Source of the DNA: Eledone cirrhosa
Taxonomy: Eukaryota
Reading direction: 5' to 3'
DNA: 64,000 nucleotides
NCBI GenBank assembly: GCA_964016885.1
Contig: OZ024745.1
Location: 37,510,001 to 37,574,000 of the forward strand
The notes beneath the pieces were generated by a model. The model saw only the letters and a program-made list of their open reading frames with translations, did not search any database and was not told the DNA's origin. Below are positions 30,801 to 43,697 of the stretch, piece after piece (position 1 is the first letter of the stretch; every line of letters begins with the position of its first letter). The position numbers and the translations under genes were made by a program.

Positions 30801-31681
30801 ATAAAATTTTACAAACTGTTTCAGTATATCTTCGTTCATTTTATGAGGCGGCGAATTGGCAAAGTTGTTAAAGGCGTCGGATAGAATGCTTTGCTCTCTG
30901 CGCTCTGAGTTCAAATCCCACCGCGGCCAAAGTTGCCTTGCATCCATTCGAGGTTAATAAATGATGTACCAGTCAAGCACTGAGGTCAATTTATCCTACA
31001 TCTTGCCCATCCCCCTTCTCTATCGCTCTTTCTTGGAATCAGCTATATGAAAGTACCAAGAAAGGAGCGTTCATATCGTGATCCCTACATCATTTTCACC
31101 ACCATATACCCTAGGAATACAAAAAGAAAAAATAATATGCCATGCCCTAATCACTACCTCCATAACTGACGTTATAGGAATTGGGATGCGAGTTTTTTTT
31201 ATCCGATGAGGGTCGAAAAAATAACATAATTCCAATCATATATTTCAATCGATTGATATCGATTTTATCATCAACCCCACTCCTCTTCTCTCCATTCCTC
31301 TCACTTGCAAAATTTGTGGCCTTGTTGTTCAAATGTGAGAAATCACTATTTCCTGTTAAACCAATAAAGAACGATAAACTGTATGGTAATTCTATACCAG
31401 GTTTACACTTTGTTATATTCACTTTAATTCAAATATATATAAAGAGCGATCCCATGCAAGCAGGATCCTTTGAAATAAATTTAGAGGTAACTTATTTCAT
31501 ATATATATATATGAATGTAATTATATAATATCTATGAATGTATGTATGTAATCGTTCCAATCCGCATACAATGCCTAACCAACTTGACATATTTTGTGAT
31601 GTGTTGGTGTATTTGTATGTATTCTCTGGATAACAACAGGCGTACATATGCATTCAAAGCACACACAAACACACATATATG

Positions 31682-31734
<53 letters not shown>

Positions 31735-31923
31735 TAATGTGTATTTTATACGCTTGAATATAGGCATATATATATATTTGTGTATGTATTTATGTATATA
31801 CACAAACTTTTTATTATTACAATTTTGTTCAGATATATAACTGTATATGTAAACTTTATATAACTAAGGATTGTAAAAAAACAAAAAAAATATTATTTAA
31901 TTTGAAAATGTATAAATATGTAC

Positions 31924-31929
31924 AATAAA
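31924..31929 (+). terminator. Candidate polyadenylation signal AATAAA
   Basis: tgtacAATAAAtcttttaaaccaa followed by a U-rich downstream element (ttctttctttttcttttttt). Confidence 0.4.
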
Positions 31930-32539
31930 TCTTTTAAACCAATTATTCTTTCTTTTTCTTTTTTCGCCTTTTTATAAACTATGCAAAATAATTGTTTCTA
32001 TTATTAGTACAAGGCTTGCAATTTGGCGGGCAAAGTAAGTCGATTATATCTTTATTTTATCGAATCTGGAAGGTGAAATGTAAAGTTGACCCCGGCGGGA
32101 GTTTTCCTTCCTTATAATGTTTTTTTTTTATATCTCTAAACTAGGGGGAGAATTGAGAATCATGAAAGCGTCGTATGAAATATCTCGTTCTCATTCTTTG
32201 CTTTATTTTTGTATTTTTATTTTTGGGGCTTTTGCTTTCTAAAGCCAAATTACCCAGACGTCAACTTCAACTTTCATCTTCTCCAGAGCGATAAGTAAAG
32301 TAACAGTTCCACTCGGGCAGAATTGAAAGAGATTTGGGACGTGATGTCTTGCGATGTTTTGTTCGGACTTGTGCATAGCTGGTACCAGACTTCATCGATT
32401 TGGACAACTTCAGTGGTGTAGAGAGGAAGACTGGTACAACTGGGTGACTGCTAATGTAAAAGAAAATTGCCAAGTCCTGCACCTTGGATAAGAACTTTCT
32501 ATGTAGAGATTCATAGCTCCACAAGACATAATGCGATCT

Positions 32540-33392
32540 TCCGTTGGTTTCAATTAAGGAAACGGCTTGGTCAGGAAATTAACATGAATGTAGTTGAGTA
32601 TTCCAGAGACAAACCCTTAAATGTAATTTTCATGGAGATTTAGTGCGACAAAGTGTATGACACATCCTGCCCTTTGAAATACGGGTATATCCATCTGACG
32701 CACTTCTAAAGCAGTCTCCCTCTACACGATTTCATTCATAAGGCATGCGTCACACTGAGGGGATGGTAAATGGTACTTGCCAAAGGTACCACGGTGTGGG
32801 ATCGAACCCTGGACCTAATGATTGTGAAGCATACTCCTTAACCAATCGCCCCATGTGACATCCACTTTTACCAGATACAGATCCATGGTTTCACGAGAAA
32901 ATGGGACGACATATATATGTAATTTAGTCAGAAGAGGCTTAGTACTTGGCATTCTTCCACATTTTCTTGACAGGTGAGTTTGCTTTGACTGTTTTTTCAT
33001 CTAGAATATCTGTAGATCAGGAGAAAAGAGAAACTGTAGGTATCCAAATGTCTTCTTTTTGTGAGTTCAATAGAGAGGAGCTCTGATAGTGGCACCAAAT
33101 GGAATGGACATCCGTTGGTTTCGACGACGAGTGTTCCAATCATTCGATCAGCGAAACAGCCAGCACAAGAAATTAACATGAATGTATGGTGACCATTCCA
33201 CACAATGGTGTACCCTTAACGTCTCTCTCAGAGATTTATCGTGATACTGTGTGTGACAAGGCAGGTCATTTGAATTAAAGTTAGTGGTCGATCCGAGACT
33301 AAGGTAAAAAGAACATGTCTAAGATGTTACAGAGCTGGATCGAACCCGGGAGAAATTGATTGCCAAGCAATATCCATAACCATTCGGCCATG
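32540..33392 (-). mobile_element. Two old CORE-like SINE copies
   Basis: Reverse-complement B-box (gggatcgaacc) plus the shared gaaattaac..g.aagtg..tgag.attcca...acccttaacg domain. Confidence 0.55.
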
Positions 33393-33399
33393 GCTAGTC

Positions 33400-34130
33400 A
33401 ATGTTTATGGCGGGGAAGGCGATTATATCAGCTCCAGTACTTGACTTTTACTTTATTTTATCTACCTAGAAAGGGTGAAAGATAAAGCTTACCTCGGCGG
33501 TATTAGAACTCAGAACGTATAGATGCAGCATTTGACCGACAGTTTAACGACTCTGCCAGTCTGCCGCCCTCCTTTCTCTATAATAATTGTTTCTACTTTT
33601 GGCACAAGACCAGTGAATTACTGGTACTTTATTATATCGACCCCGTAAGGATGAAAGGCAAAATTAACTTCGGTAAAGTCTATACAAATGATTTCTCTGT
33701 AACAATGATTTCTAATTTAAGCACAAGGCCCGCAATTCTAGGGAGAAGAAAAGATCGATTAAAACTACCCCACTACTTGGCTAGTATCTTAAATTATTGA
33801 CCTCGGAAAGATGAAGGGCAAAATTGACCTCAATGGGATTTGATTTCAGAATGTAGTGACCCAGAAGAAATGTCTCAAAGCATTTTGCCGATGCTCTGTC
33901 AATTCACCAGCACCCTTATTTTTCTGACATAGGCACAAGGCCAGTAATTTCAGAGGAAGCGAATCGTTTATATATTAACTCCAATATGTACCTGGTACTT
34001 TATTTTAGCAACCCCGGAAGAATGAAAGCCAAAGCTTACCTAGGCGGGATTAGAACTGAGATTGTAAAGAGCCAGAACAAATACCGCTAAGTATTTCTCC
34101 AATGCTTTAATAACTCAATTAATCCATCGA
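33400..34130 (-). mobile_element. Cluster of four OK-type SINEs
   Basis: Repeated ggcacaaggcc...gaaaggcaaa...ctcggcgggatt.gaactcag units. Confidence 0.7.
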
Positions 34131-34316
34131 CCTTCTTTCTCTATATTAATGATTTCTTTATTGTTTCGTTCTTAATGTTTTATTCTAACAGATCAGGCAG
34201 TGACTATGACTTTATTCTATATATTCCCTATTAACGGAGGAAGCCAAAACCACTTTATTACAGAAAAGTGTGCGGCTGTGGAAAAAAGAGGTGGGCAATG
34301 GCAAGGTGGCGGTTTC

Positions 34317-34351
<35 letters not shown>

Positions 34352-34623
34352 AGTGTTATATGTGTGTATGTATATAAAGGTAAACGTGCAGATCGATGAA
34401 TCGATGAAAGCTCGAATAAACAGGGCGTTCACGTTCTTGTAGTTGATCGATTTTTTCTGATTTCCGCTCGGTCTAATGGCGCATCTCCTTTCATAATCAA
34501 ACTTAATGTAATAAGGTGATATATATTTTTTAGCTATGTACAGGTACATACACATACACATTCAAACACATTCACGCATTCTCTCTCACACACTCTCTGA
34601 ATGTCACACACACACACACACAC

Positions 34624-34668
<45 letters not shown>

Positions 34669-34737
34669 GAAAACATTTATGCATCTCTTTATATATAAAT
34701 ATATATATATATATATATACACGCACACACATATATA

Positions 34738-34779
<42 letters not shown>

Positions 34780-34815
34780 ATACATATATATATAACATAT
34801 ATGTATATATATATG

Positions 34816-34853
<38 letters not shown>

Positions 34854-34862
34854 TGTGTGTAT

Positions 34863-34940
<78 letters not shown>

Positions 34941-35714
34941 CCCACTCTCAAGCGTTAAACTAATACTAATATCATTTGTACTGCCTCTCTGTTTTTTTGT
35001 TCTCTGTTCATTTATTAAACTATATATATATATTTATAAACGAGCGTGAGTCATCAGTTATCCATAGTGCACTTATTATTTTTCCCTATAAGCAATAAAA
35101 TTAGCTGCGGGCATAACTTGTCACGACGATCTACGATGCAGGTTTGAACTTGAAACATCAATTACGTTAACAATGGTTGCTCCAATTCTTTAGAGCATTC
35201 AGATATGCAGATTATTTTTCATAGGTTTTCATATCAACAACAGAGATCTTAAAATTATGTGTATATTCATTATTCAAGATATCCAACTTGCTTTTCAACG
35301 CACTTGGTTTATTGTCACACAGCCGTTTATTTTTTTTGCCTTCAAAAATGATTTTGGCTGGGATATGAGCCACATATACTCCACTTCTTTAATTTCTAGT
35401 TCACTTGCAAATCATCGGTATCTTACTTAATAATTTTGATATCAAACTGCATGAACCTGATTCTACAGTACTAAGCTGTATATTTTGAAGTGCATATATT
35501 TATTCAAAACCTCCCGTCATAATTCTATACTAGAACATTTATGAAGATATGGGAAAATTAGTTATTTTAGTGAATTCCTCCCGTTTCCTGATTAGTTTGA
35601 ACAAGGTTTGAAAATCGTACGCAGTGATTTTTTTTTTCAGAAATATGGTAACGAAGGGGTTTAAAACCCCAATGTATAAGAAACGGATAGAGCAATAAGA
35701 TCAGATATATATAT

Positions 35715-35905
35715 ATGATAATCCAATAGTGATTCTGACAGTGTGGACAGCAGTATGAAGTGAGGGATTTTGACAGAAGTCTGCTGCTTTTAGTTGGTCA
35801 CGCCCCGTCCCGATATATCGAGTGTTGATGTCTGTTGAGCCTGTCGCCCGATAATTCATCAATATAGGTCCCACCATAATTGTCAAATTCACTTTTCCTG
35901 GCTGA
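35715..35905 (-). pseudogene. Possible decayed LINE RT fragment
   Basis: LMNYRA...AADFCQNPSLHTAVHTVR resembles NYRPI...QAGFR..FST...IHT.R. Confidence 0.3.
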
Positions 35906-35962
<57 letters not shown>

Positions 35963-35984
35963 AGAGAAGTGACACACGAGTCGA

Positions 35985-36510
35985 TATATATAAACAAATA
36001 GTAAAAAGGGGGAAAAATACAGTAGAAAATGGTAGAGGGATTTTTTCAGTATAACATCAAAACATTTATTTTTAAAGTGAGGATTTCTGCATTTAATTGT
36101 GGTACCAGGTTCAGCTTTATATGCTTTTTCAACGACGGAAGTGTATAGTGCAGTTAAATTGCATATTTATACGAATAATAATAAAATGGAGAAATTTCTT
36201 TTTTTAGTTTTTACATACATATTTAAGGAGGGAAGTTCATATTTTTGTCCCTATTTTTCTTTCGATCTCTGTATGTATGTAAAAAGTAAGGATTTTGCTC
36301 CATTTTATTATTATACGTATAAATATGCAATTTAACTGCACTATACACTTCCGTCGTTGAAAAAGCATATAAAGCTGAAACCGATGCCACAATTAAATGC
36401 GGAAATCCCCACTTTGTAAATAAATGTCTTGATGTTATACTGAAAAAATCCCTCTACCATTTTCTACTGTATTTTTTCCCTTTCTACTATTTATTTATAT
36501 ATATATATAC
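35985..36510. mobile_element. Long inverted repeat element (~230-bp imperfect arms) flanked by (TA)n
   Basis: 35985-36221 is the reverse complement of ~36272-36510 with scattered substitutions. Confidence 0.65.
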
Positions 36511-36601
36511 ATTATAAAGAAAGAAGAAATATTAGACATAAATAAATACCAATTTTTTCTTTAAATTCCCGACTTAACAGTTTCGTGGCTACTATTCAAA
36601 A

Positions 36602-36689
<88 letters not shown>

Positions 36690-37247
36690 GGACCTCTGTC
36701 GGTTCCAACAACGAGCTTTCCAGTTGTTGGAACACTCTGTTCGTGAAATTAATGTGTCGTGCTCAAGGGCACAGCGCAGCATCACTATAGTTCGGCTCTA
36801 GGCACGATGAAGCTTCTGGGATTGCTGGCTTAGGATGACCCAGGGCTCGTCGAGCAAGAGCAAGCAGAATAAGGAAGAATACATAGTGGTACATTGGAGA
36901 TGTACACATATAATTGATTTGAGGTAGTCTCTATACAGTCGTTGATGCGAGAAACAAAATCTTGGCATTGGAATGGACTCAATAGGTGTATGTATGCCAA
37001 ATTACTATAGATAATAACAACAATGACTACCAACGGGAAGAGAATTTGTTATATATATATATATATATATATAATCGGAGAAAGCTAAAAGCGATACTCC
37101 GGCCAAATTCCAGCTCACTCAATAAACATTAGGAAATACCTGAGTATATTCCTAATTAAACGTTCGGGGTGCTAACTATTTGTATAGTGTGGAAAATTGG
37201 CTGTATCATTTCAAATGAGATATATCAAATATCTCTCTTCCCAGACG

Positions 37248-37328
37248 GACGTCTTGTTTCATTATAAGATTTCTACAAGTTGGGTGAAATTATACCAATT
37301 TATGTAGAAGCTTGTATAAGATCAACAG
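37248..37328 (-). ncRNA. Decayed hammerhead-like motif (CTGTTGA...long helix II...GAAAC-aagac-GTC)
   Basis: Core has A6U. Helix II TTATAcAAGcTTCTACA/TGTAGAAaTCTTATAA. Helix I no longer pairs. The element lies between (TA)n at ~37050-37073 and ~37340. Confidence 0.45.
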
Positions 37329-37363
37329 ATAGTTATTCATATATATATATATTATATATTAAT

Positions 37364-38012
37364 AATAATTGTTTCTACTTTTGGCACAAGGCCAGCAATT
37401 ACCCAGTACACTACTGGTACTTTATTTTATCGACCCCGTAAGGATGAAAGGCAAAGTTAACCTCGGCGGGATTTGAACTCAGAATGGCAAGGGCCGTAAC
37501 TCTATGCGTCAAAGCATGGCGTCCAACCCTCTACCGATACTGCCAATTCACCGCCCTATATATTAATAATAATTATTATTATTTCTACTTTTGGCACAAG
37601 GCCAGCAATTACCCCAGTGTATTACTGGTACTTTAATAATAATAATAATTGTTTCTACTTTTGGCACAAGGCCAGCAATTACCCAGTGTTATACTGGTAC
37701 TTTATTTTATCGACCCCATAAGGATGAAAGGCAAAGTTAACCTCGGCGGGATTTGAACTCAGACTGTAAAGGGACGTAACTATGCTAGGAAGCATGGCGT
37801 CCAACCCTCTACCGATACTGCCAAAATAATAATTGTTTCTACTTTTGGCACAAGGCCAGCAATTACCCAGTACATTACTGGTACTTTATTTTATCGACCC
37901 CGTAAGGATGAAAGGCAAAATTAACCTCGACAGGATTTGAACTCAGACCGTAAAGGGACGTAACTATGCTGGAAAGCATGGCGTCCGACTCTCTACCGAT
38001 ACTGCCAATCCA
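37364..38012 (-). mobile_element. Cluster of young OK-type SINEs (three near full-length plus one tail)
   Basis: Near-identical units at 37364-37556, 37575-37634, 37646-37824 and 37829-38012, joined by (AAT)n. Confidence 0.85.
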
Positions 38013-38015
38013 CAA

Positions 38016-38234
38016 ATAATAATAATAATAAATGTGAAGACTAAAATCCAAAGAGGGCTCGATAAGGATAAATATATATCAAATATATAAGAACCCTAGA
38101 GCAAATATTTATTAAAATAAAAGATTAAAGTTTAAGCAAAGAATCGCTGCTTTCGCCCTTAACGGGATCTTCTCAAGATCCCGTTAAGGGCGAAAGCAGC
38201 GATTCTTTGTTTAAACTTTAATCTGTTATTTTAA
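38016..38234. mobile_element. Repeat family 'a' copy folded back into a palindrome with 60-bp arms
   Basis: Arms 38112-38171 / 38175-38234. The same sequence occurs at 13496-13575, 42683-42702 and 43490-43662; all but the 42.7-kb fragment directly abut (TA)n or (AAT)n. Confidence 0.7.
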
Positions 38235-38235
38235 C

Positions 38236-38269
<34 letters not shown>

Positions 38270-38329
38270 AAAGAAATGTACTAAGCAGCCGAAGTGTTCG
38301 ATAATGTATTAACTGTATATATACAGATA

Positions 38330-38382
<53 letters not shown>

Positions 38383-39059
38383 ACGTGTGAGTTTGTGAGT
38401 GTGTGTGTCTGTATGTGTATGGTTGTGCGTGCGTGCGCATGTGTATTTATATGTATATATGCATGACATAATAGTCTTAGTAGTTTGAACGATAAATATA
38501 CCACCAGTGGTTCTTTAGTAATAAATCTTTGAAATAATTCTCAGCATATTTTGCGACTAAACACAACTCAGGTCTTTCCTTCAAGTTTACTGTGAGAATA
38601 TTTAAAATGGGAACAGGCAAAAGCAATTTCTCTTTATATCAAAGGATATACGAAAACTAATACAAATTGCATGTATAATATACGGAAGTATATTATACAT
38701 TCAGAGCGAGTATAGTCACTTGTTCTGGAATCAAACTGGGAGGATAAAACCTTCTCATCGCCACCACCAATTACTCGGTAAAGCGAAGCGTATTAAAGAA
38801 AACAACAGGTTTCTGAATCAATAGCCATCGTTTGGTTATTCTGATAAAGAAATTGTTTATAAAGCTCATGCTGTGTTTGCTGTAAAGTGTAGTTTCAACA
38901 GTTGTCAAACTAACTTCACTATGCAAATTAGTTTATCTATTTGTAAGATAAGTAACAACAGCAACAGTAACATGATTTCAATGTATCTGAACGTATTCAA
39001 TATATTTCCACAATGATTCATTTCAAAATGTCTGATTCAAACATATATACTTCGATATT

Positions 39060-39089
39060 GTAGTAGAAGTAGTAGTAGCAGTAGCAGTA

Positions 39090-39122
<33 letters not shown>

Positions 39123-39131
39123 GCAGCAGCA
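39060..39131. repeat. (TAG)n/(CAG)n trinucleotide repeat
   Basis: Read directly. No supporting exon context. Confidence 0.9.
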
Positions 39132-40917
39132 AGGAGGTGTAGTTGTTGAGCCCCAGAAATTCATTTCAGTTATAAGTTTCCAGGTTCAATCCCAGAAGCA
39201 AGTGTCTTTAATGATTGTCTTGAGTCGATTCAAAATATGTGAGTGGAATTAGATCGACGAAAACTGTTTAGAACCCTGTCAAATAAATTGTACCTATAAT
39301 TTAAACAGCCAGTCTTAACACATGCTGTACCTCGCCGAATCTCATGGAGAATTTTGTTAAGAGCTCACCTGTCTGAAACACTCGGCCGTTTACATAGTAA
39401 TTTGATATGCAAGCCATTTTGTTGACCAAACAACATGAATACTCAACTTCAAAATCAGTGCAGGTGTAACGTTTACTTCATATGGATGAAATCTAAAGTT
39501 TTCTACCAGAAGTGCCGTTCAGATGGGTTAGTCATGTAGTTGGTATAACAGTTTAAAGGTATTACATTGGCAGATTTGTTAGAATATTAGATAAAATGCT
39601 TTGCGGTATTCATTCCGGCTCCCTGTTATTGTTTCAAACCCCGCCGAGACCAACTTTGCCTTTCATCCCTTCGAAGTCGATAAAAAGGTGTCAATTCCTT
39701 ACTGGGTGTACTTTTTTCTCTTTATCTTTTGCGTTCATTCTCTCTCACTCTCTTTCTCATGAATAAATCGGTTGTGGATATTGATTAACCAGGTTTAAAA
39801 TGTGCAAGCATGTTATGATGGGGCGCCTGCAATTCCATCAGGAATAGATTGATGTTCTAAAAGTAAACCATGTGGTGTTAAATATTTGCATTGAACAAAC
39901 TTGTTCAGTCTGGAGCCGTTTCTTTCGAGAACAATCTAAAATAAAACATGAAACATATCTGGAAAGAATGTTACTCTTTTCGTTTCAACGATAAGTGTTC
40001 GACCAACGGAACTCTGATCGCGAAATTAACGTTTAAGTGGCTGAGCATTCCACTGATGAGTATACCCTTGAGGTAAATCTCAGGAAGATTCAGTGTGACA
40101 TTGTATGACAAAGCTGTTTATTTGGATTACAAGAACAATTAATCTGAGGAGCTTCCACAATTTCTATTTACACAATTTTACTCACAAATTTGGGTCGATC
40201 CGAGGTTATGGTAAATGACACTTGCCTAAGATTGCCTGCAATCGGATCAAAGCTGAGACCTTATGGTTGCACAGGTAATTTAAACATTCAGCCAGGCTGT
40301 GTACACGAAACCTATATAGATAAATACGGATTATTCATCTACTGTATATAGGATGACTCCAACTGATTGAAGAATCCTGGAGACACATGTACGCTACTAA
40401 GGTCAACAAGTTCGAGATTTAGATAATTCCGAATATCAATATACAGCTGATGACAGTGCCACAAAAATGCGGGCCACAATAGCTGTTGATATAACAAATG
40501 CATGTACTTCGAATAGCTTTCTAGCCCTCACGCTACCTATGCATCTCCATAGTTACGATTTACAACTGCAAAGGAGAGAAGGTCAATAGAAGTTCTCTTA
40601 TCTGAAGACAGGTCATAAACATAAACGTATAAAAAGAATAACGAAACGAAAATAAAAGTACATAGCCACATACACTAAATAAATATAAAAAAATTATTTA
40701 CAAAGAAAAGAAATCGCATTCACAAGAACACAATATAATGAACAATAACACCTAGAGACTAAACGTAAGTGTCTAATTTGATATATGGCTCGGAAATATA
40801 AATAAGAAAGGACTAGACAACATCAAGACAGGTGTTGGAAAGGTCTTAGAACTCTAAAGTTAGCATAATAACAATGCTCCGTATCGTATGATTACACACA
40901 CACGTGTGTACGCACCA

Positions 40918-40958
<41 letters not shown>

Positions 40959-41135
40959 GTAGAAGGTGAGTAATATTGTAGAACAATAAGACTATGTATA
41001 ATCAGATAAGTAGCACTCAACAGTTGGTATAACTTGAGTATATATAATAAAGAAGAAATTAAAAGATGGTTAAAAGAGTTCCATATATTTTATTATGCGC
41101 ATTTCGAATACAAAATCATCCTGGGACAAAAATAT

Positions 41136-41201
41136 TTTTATCTGATGAGAACACAATTTTTGTCCCAGGAAGATTTTGTATTCGAAATGCGCATAATAAA
41201 A
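41136..41201 (+). ncRNA. Type I hammerhead ribozyme, complete core
   Basis: Helix I TTTTAT(41136-41141)/ATAAAA(41196-41201). CTGATGA 41142-41148. Helix II GAAcACAA...TTGTaTTC with G10.1-C11.1. GAAA 41184-41187. Palindromic helix III ATGCGCAT. AUA triplet with predicted cleavage after 41195. Confidence 0.8.
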
Positions 41202-41229
41202 TGAATTTTTTTGTGTACATAATATGCCT

Positions 41230-41695
<466 letters not shown>

Positions 41696-41909
41696 TAAGC
41701 AGGTGTTAACTAGAACACGGTGGCGATTGAAAATTTTGAAAATAGAAAAGTTCCACCATATATATAACGGCATAACGGAAAATCGTTGGCACTTACATAT
41801 GTGGGAATCGAAACAACATCTCTTATGCTAACACCCATATTTTTCGTTATTGGGGTTAATATCCCCTAATATCAGATTATATATATATATATATATATAT
41901 ATCATAAAT

Positions 41910-42560
41910 TATGTCCATAGAATCATTTGATAAAATATATACACTATTTCCTCTCCCAATTAGCATAATTAACCACATAAAAAATCAATTAGACCAGGCT
42001 ATAAGAATAAAAGCTCCTAAGAAGAAATATTTGATAAATAAACGATAGCAGCCTCTTCGCGGCCGACCGCAATAGAATATTTACCCAACATTTCAACAGC
42101 ATGTAGAAATCGACTAAATATACCGTCAACCATACACAATTAGGTATAAATTTAAAGTTAGAAGAAATGCGTACACTCTTACCGTGATCCCGTCCCTACC
42201 CTGGGGTTTCGTTCGCGTTTTGAGATATCCTATTAAGGATAAATCTCGAGTATCGAACTCATCAGGAGACAAACTCATAGGACAGTTAATTTTCCAAAGC
42301 GATCCTCGCCAGAAATAGATTCAAAAATGGCTAAGAATCGTGACGTGGCAGTGGTCAAGTTAGAAATAATGTGATTAGTTGCTTACGGCGAATGGCTGGT
42401 TGCTAGAAAGCGCAGCCCAATATTGCCCAAATTGCATCTCAACCTAATGGGAGATTATTAAATATAAAGATTTACATATAGACAAAGTCACAGATATATA
42501 TGTGGCAACCGTTCACGATGTGGCTCAATGAAGAATATATATATATACAATGATATTAAA
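41910..42560 (-). mobile_element. Repeat family 'b' monomer (~650 bp) with a minimal hammerhead-like core
   Basis: Collinear, diverged homologue of 46961-47549. Minus strand gtctc-CTGATGA-gttc-GATA-ctcgaga at ~42245-42270. Confidence 0.62.
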
Positions 42561-42591
42561 TAAATGGAAACTATATTTATAAAACCATATT

Positions 42592-42652
42592 TATTCTATT
42601 ATATATATTTTAAGGGTGCCAAAACTTTGGTACTCTCTCATCAGATAAAATA
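42592..42652 (-). ncRNA. Decayed type I hammerhead (G12A), related to the 41.1-kb motif
   Basis: Minus strand reads TATTTTAT-CTGATGA-GAGAGTACCAAA-gt-TTTGGCACCCTT-AAAA-TATATA-TA-ATAGAATA. 8-bp helix I; the changes are transition-type (TCGAAA to TTAAAA). Confidence 0.65.
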
Positions 42653-42824
42653 CAAAGTTTGTTTGATAAATATTGACATAACCAGAAGATCCCGTTAAGG
42701 GTGTGTTTTGGTTGACGTTCTTTTAGCGAACATATGTGTATTTACATGCTGGTGTGTGTGTGTGTGCGCGTTATATACGTATTTATGTGTGTATATTTAT
42801 ATACGTTTATATAATTATATGTAT

Positions 42825-42888
<64 letters not shown>

Positions 42889-43192
42889 GTATATATATAT
42901 ATATATATATTTATATGTATATATATATATTTTGTTATGTGTATTTGGTGTATACGTTCGTATGTGTGCGGGTACAGGCTTTGCGTGGGTTTTTGTATGT
43001 GTGCGCGTGGTTTTGTGTACGTGCCTGTATTTGCATACCCATGGCGGGTGTTTCCGCCTATGCATGTGTATGTACGTATATGGATGCGTGCATCTATATT
43101 TTTAATTATTGTTGATTTCAATAACCTCTGTAATTTATCTACATTATTCTTAACTCTGTAGCCGAGAATCATTCAGTGTCCTAAGTAGAATT

Positions 43193-43659
43193 TTAGTCTA
43201 CGACTTCAGTTATACCATAAACGTGGTTTTGTCTTTGCGCGTAATTGTTCTCACCGCTCCACATAATGACGTATTATCTTCGTTTTTTTCGTTCATTGCC
43301 AGGGAACGTCTCCACGAACCACCTAGTTGAATATTAGTCTACGACTTCATTTTTACCATGAACGCGGTTTGTCTTTGCGTGTAATTGTTTTCAACGCTCC
43401 AAATAATGACGTATTATCTTCGTTTTTTTTCGTTCTTTGCCAGGGAACGTTTCTACGAACCAAAGTATCGTCTTCCTGTTTTCCTTCGGTTGATTTTTTT
43501 TAGTTTCAGAAGATCCCGTTAAGGGTGAAAGCAGCGATTCTTTGCTGAAACTTTAATCTGTTATTTTAATAAATATTTGCTCTACGGTTCTTATATATTT
43601 GTTATATATTTATCCTTATCGAGCCCTCTTTGGATTTTAGTCTTCAAATTTATCATTAT

Positions 43660-43662
<3 letters not shown>
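43193..43662 (+). mobile_element. Repeat family 'a' copy with an internal ~130-bp tandem duplication, ending at (TA)n
   Basis: 43193-43320 ~ 43334-43461. The 3' part matches 38016-38171 in reverse complement. Confidence 0.6.

Positions 43663-43697
<35 letters not shown>

Larger units (their letters stand above)
25018..31941 (+). other. Putative long terminal 3'UTR exon of the HLH gene
   Basis: Acceptor tatttcctttcag ends at 25017. There is no long ORF, and TGTA+AATAAA at ~31919-31929 is followed by a T-rich tract. The extent is inferred; other AATAAA hexamers occur inside. Confidence 0.4.

Noticed and set aside
37364-38012. Regularly recurring ~40-60 nt repeats that could look like a CRISPR array
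   Set aside because: They are whole SINE copies with homologous 'spacers', in eukaryotic DNA with no cas genes.
39060-39131. Possible polyglutamine exon
   Set aside because: A simple repeat beside a SINE, with no flanking open frame or splice sites.
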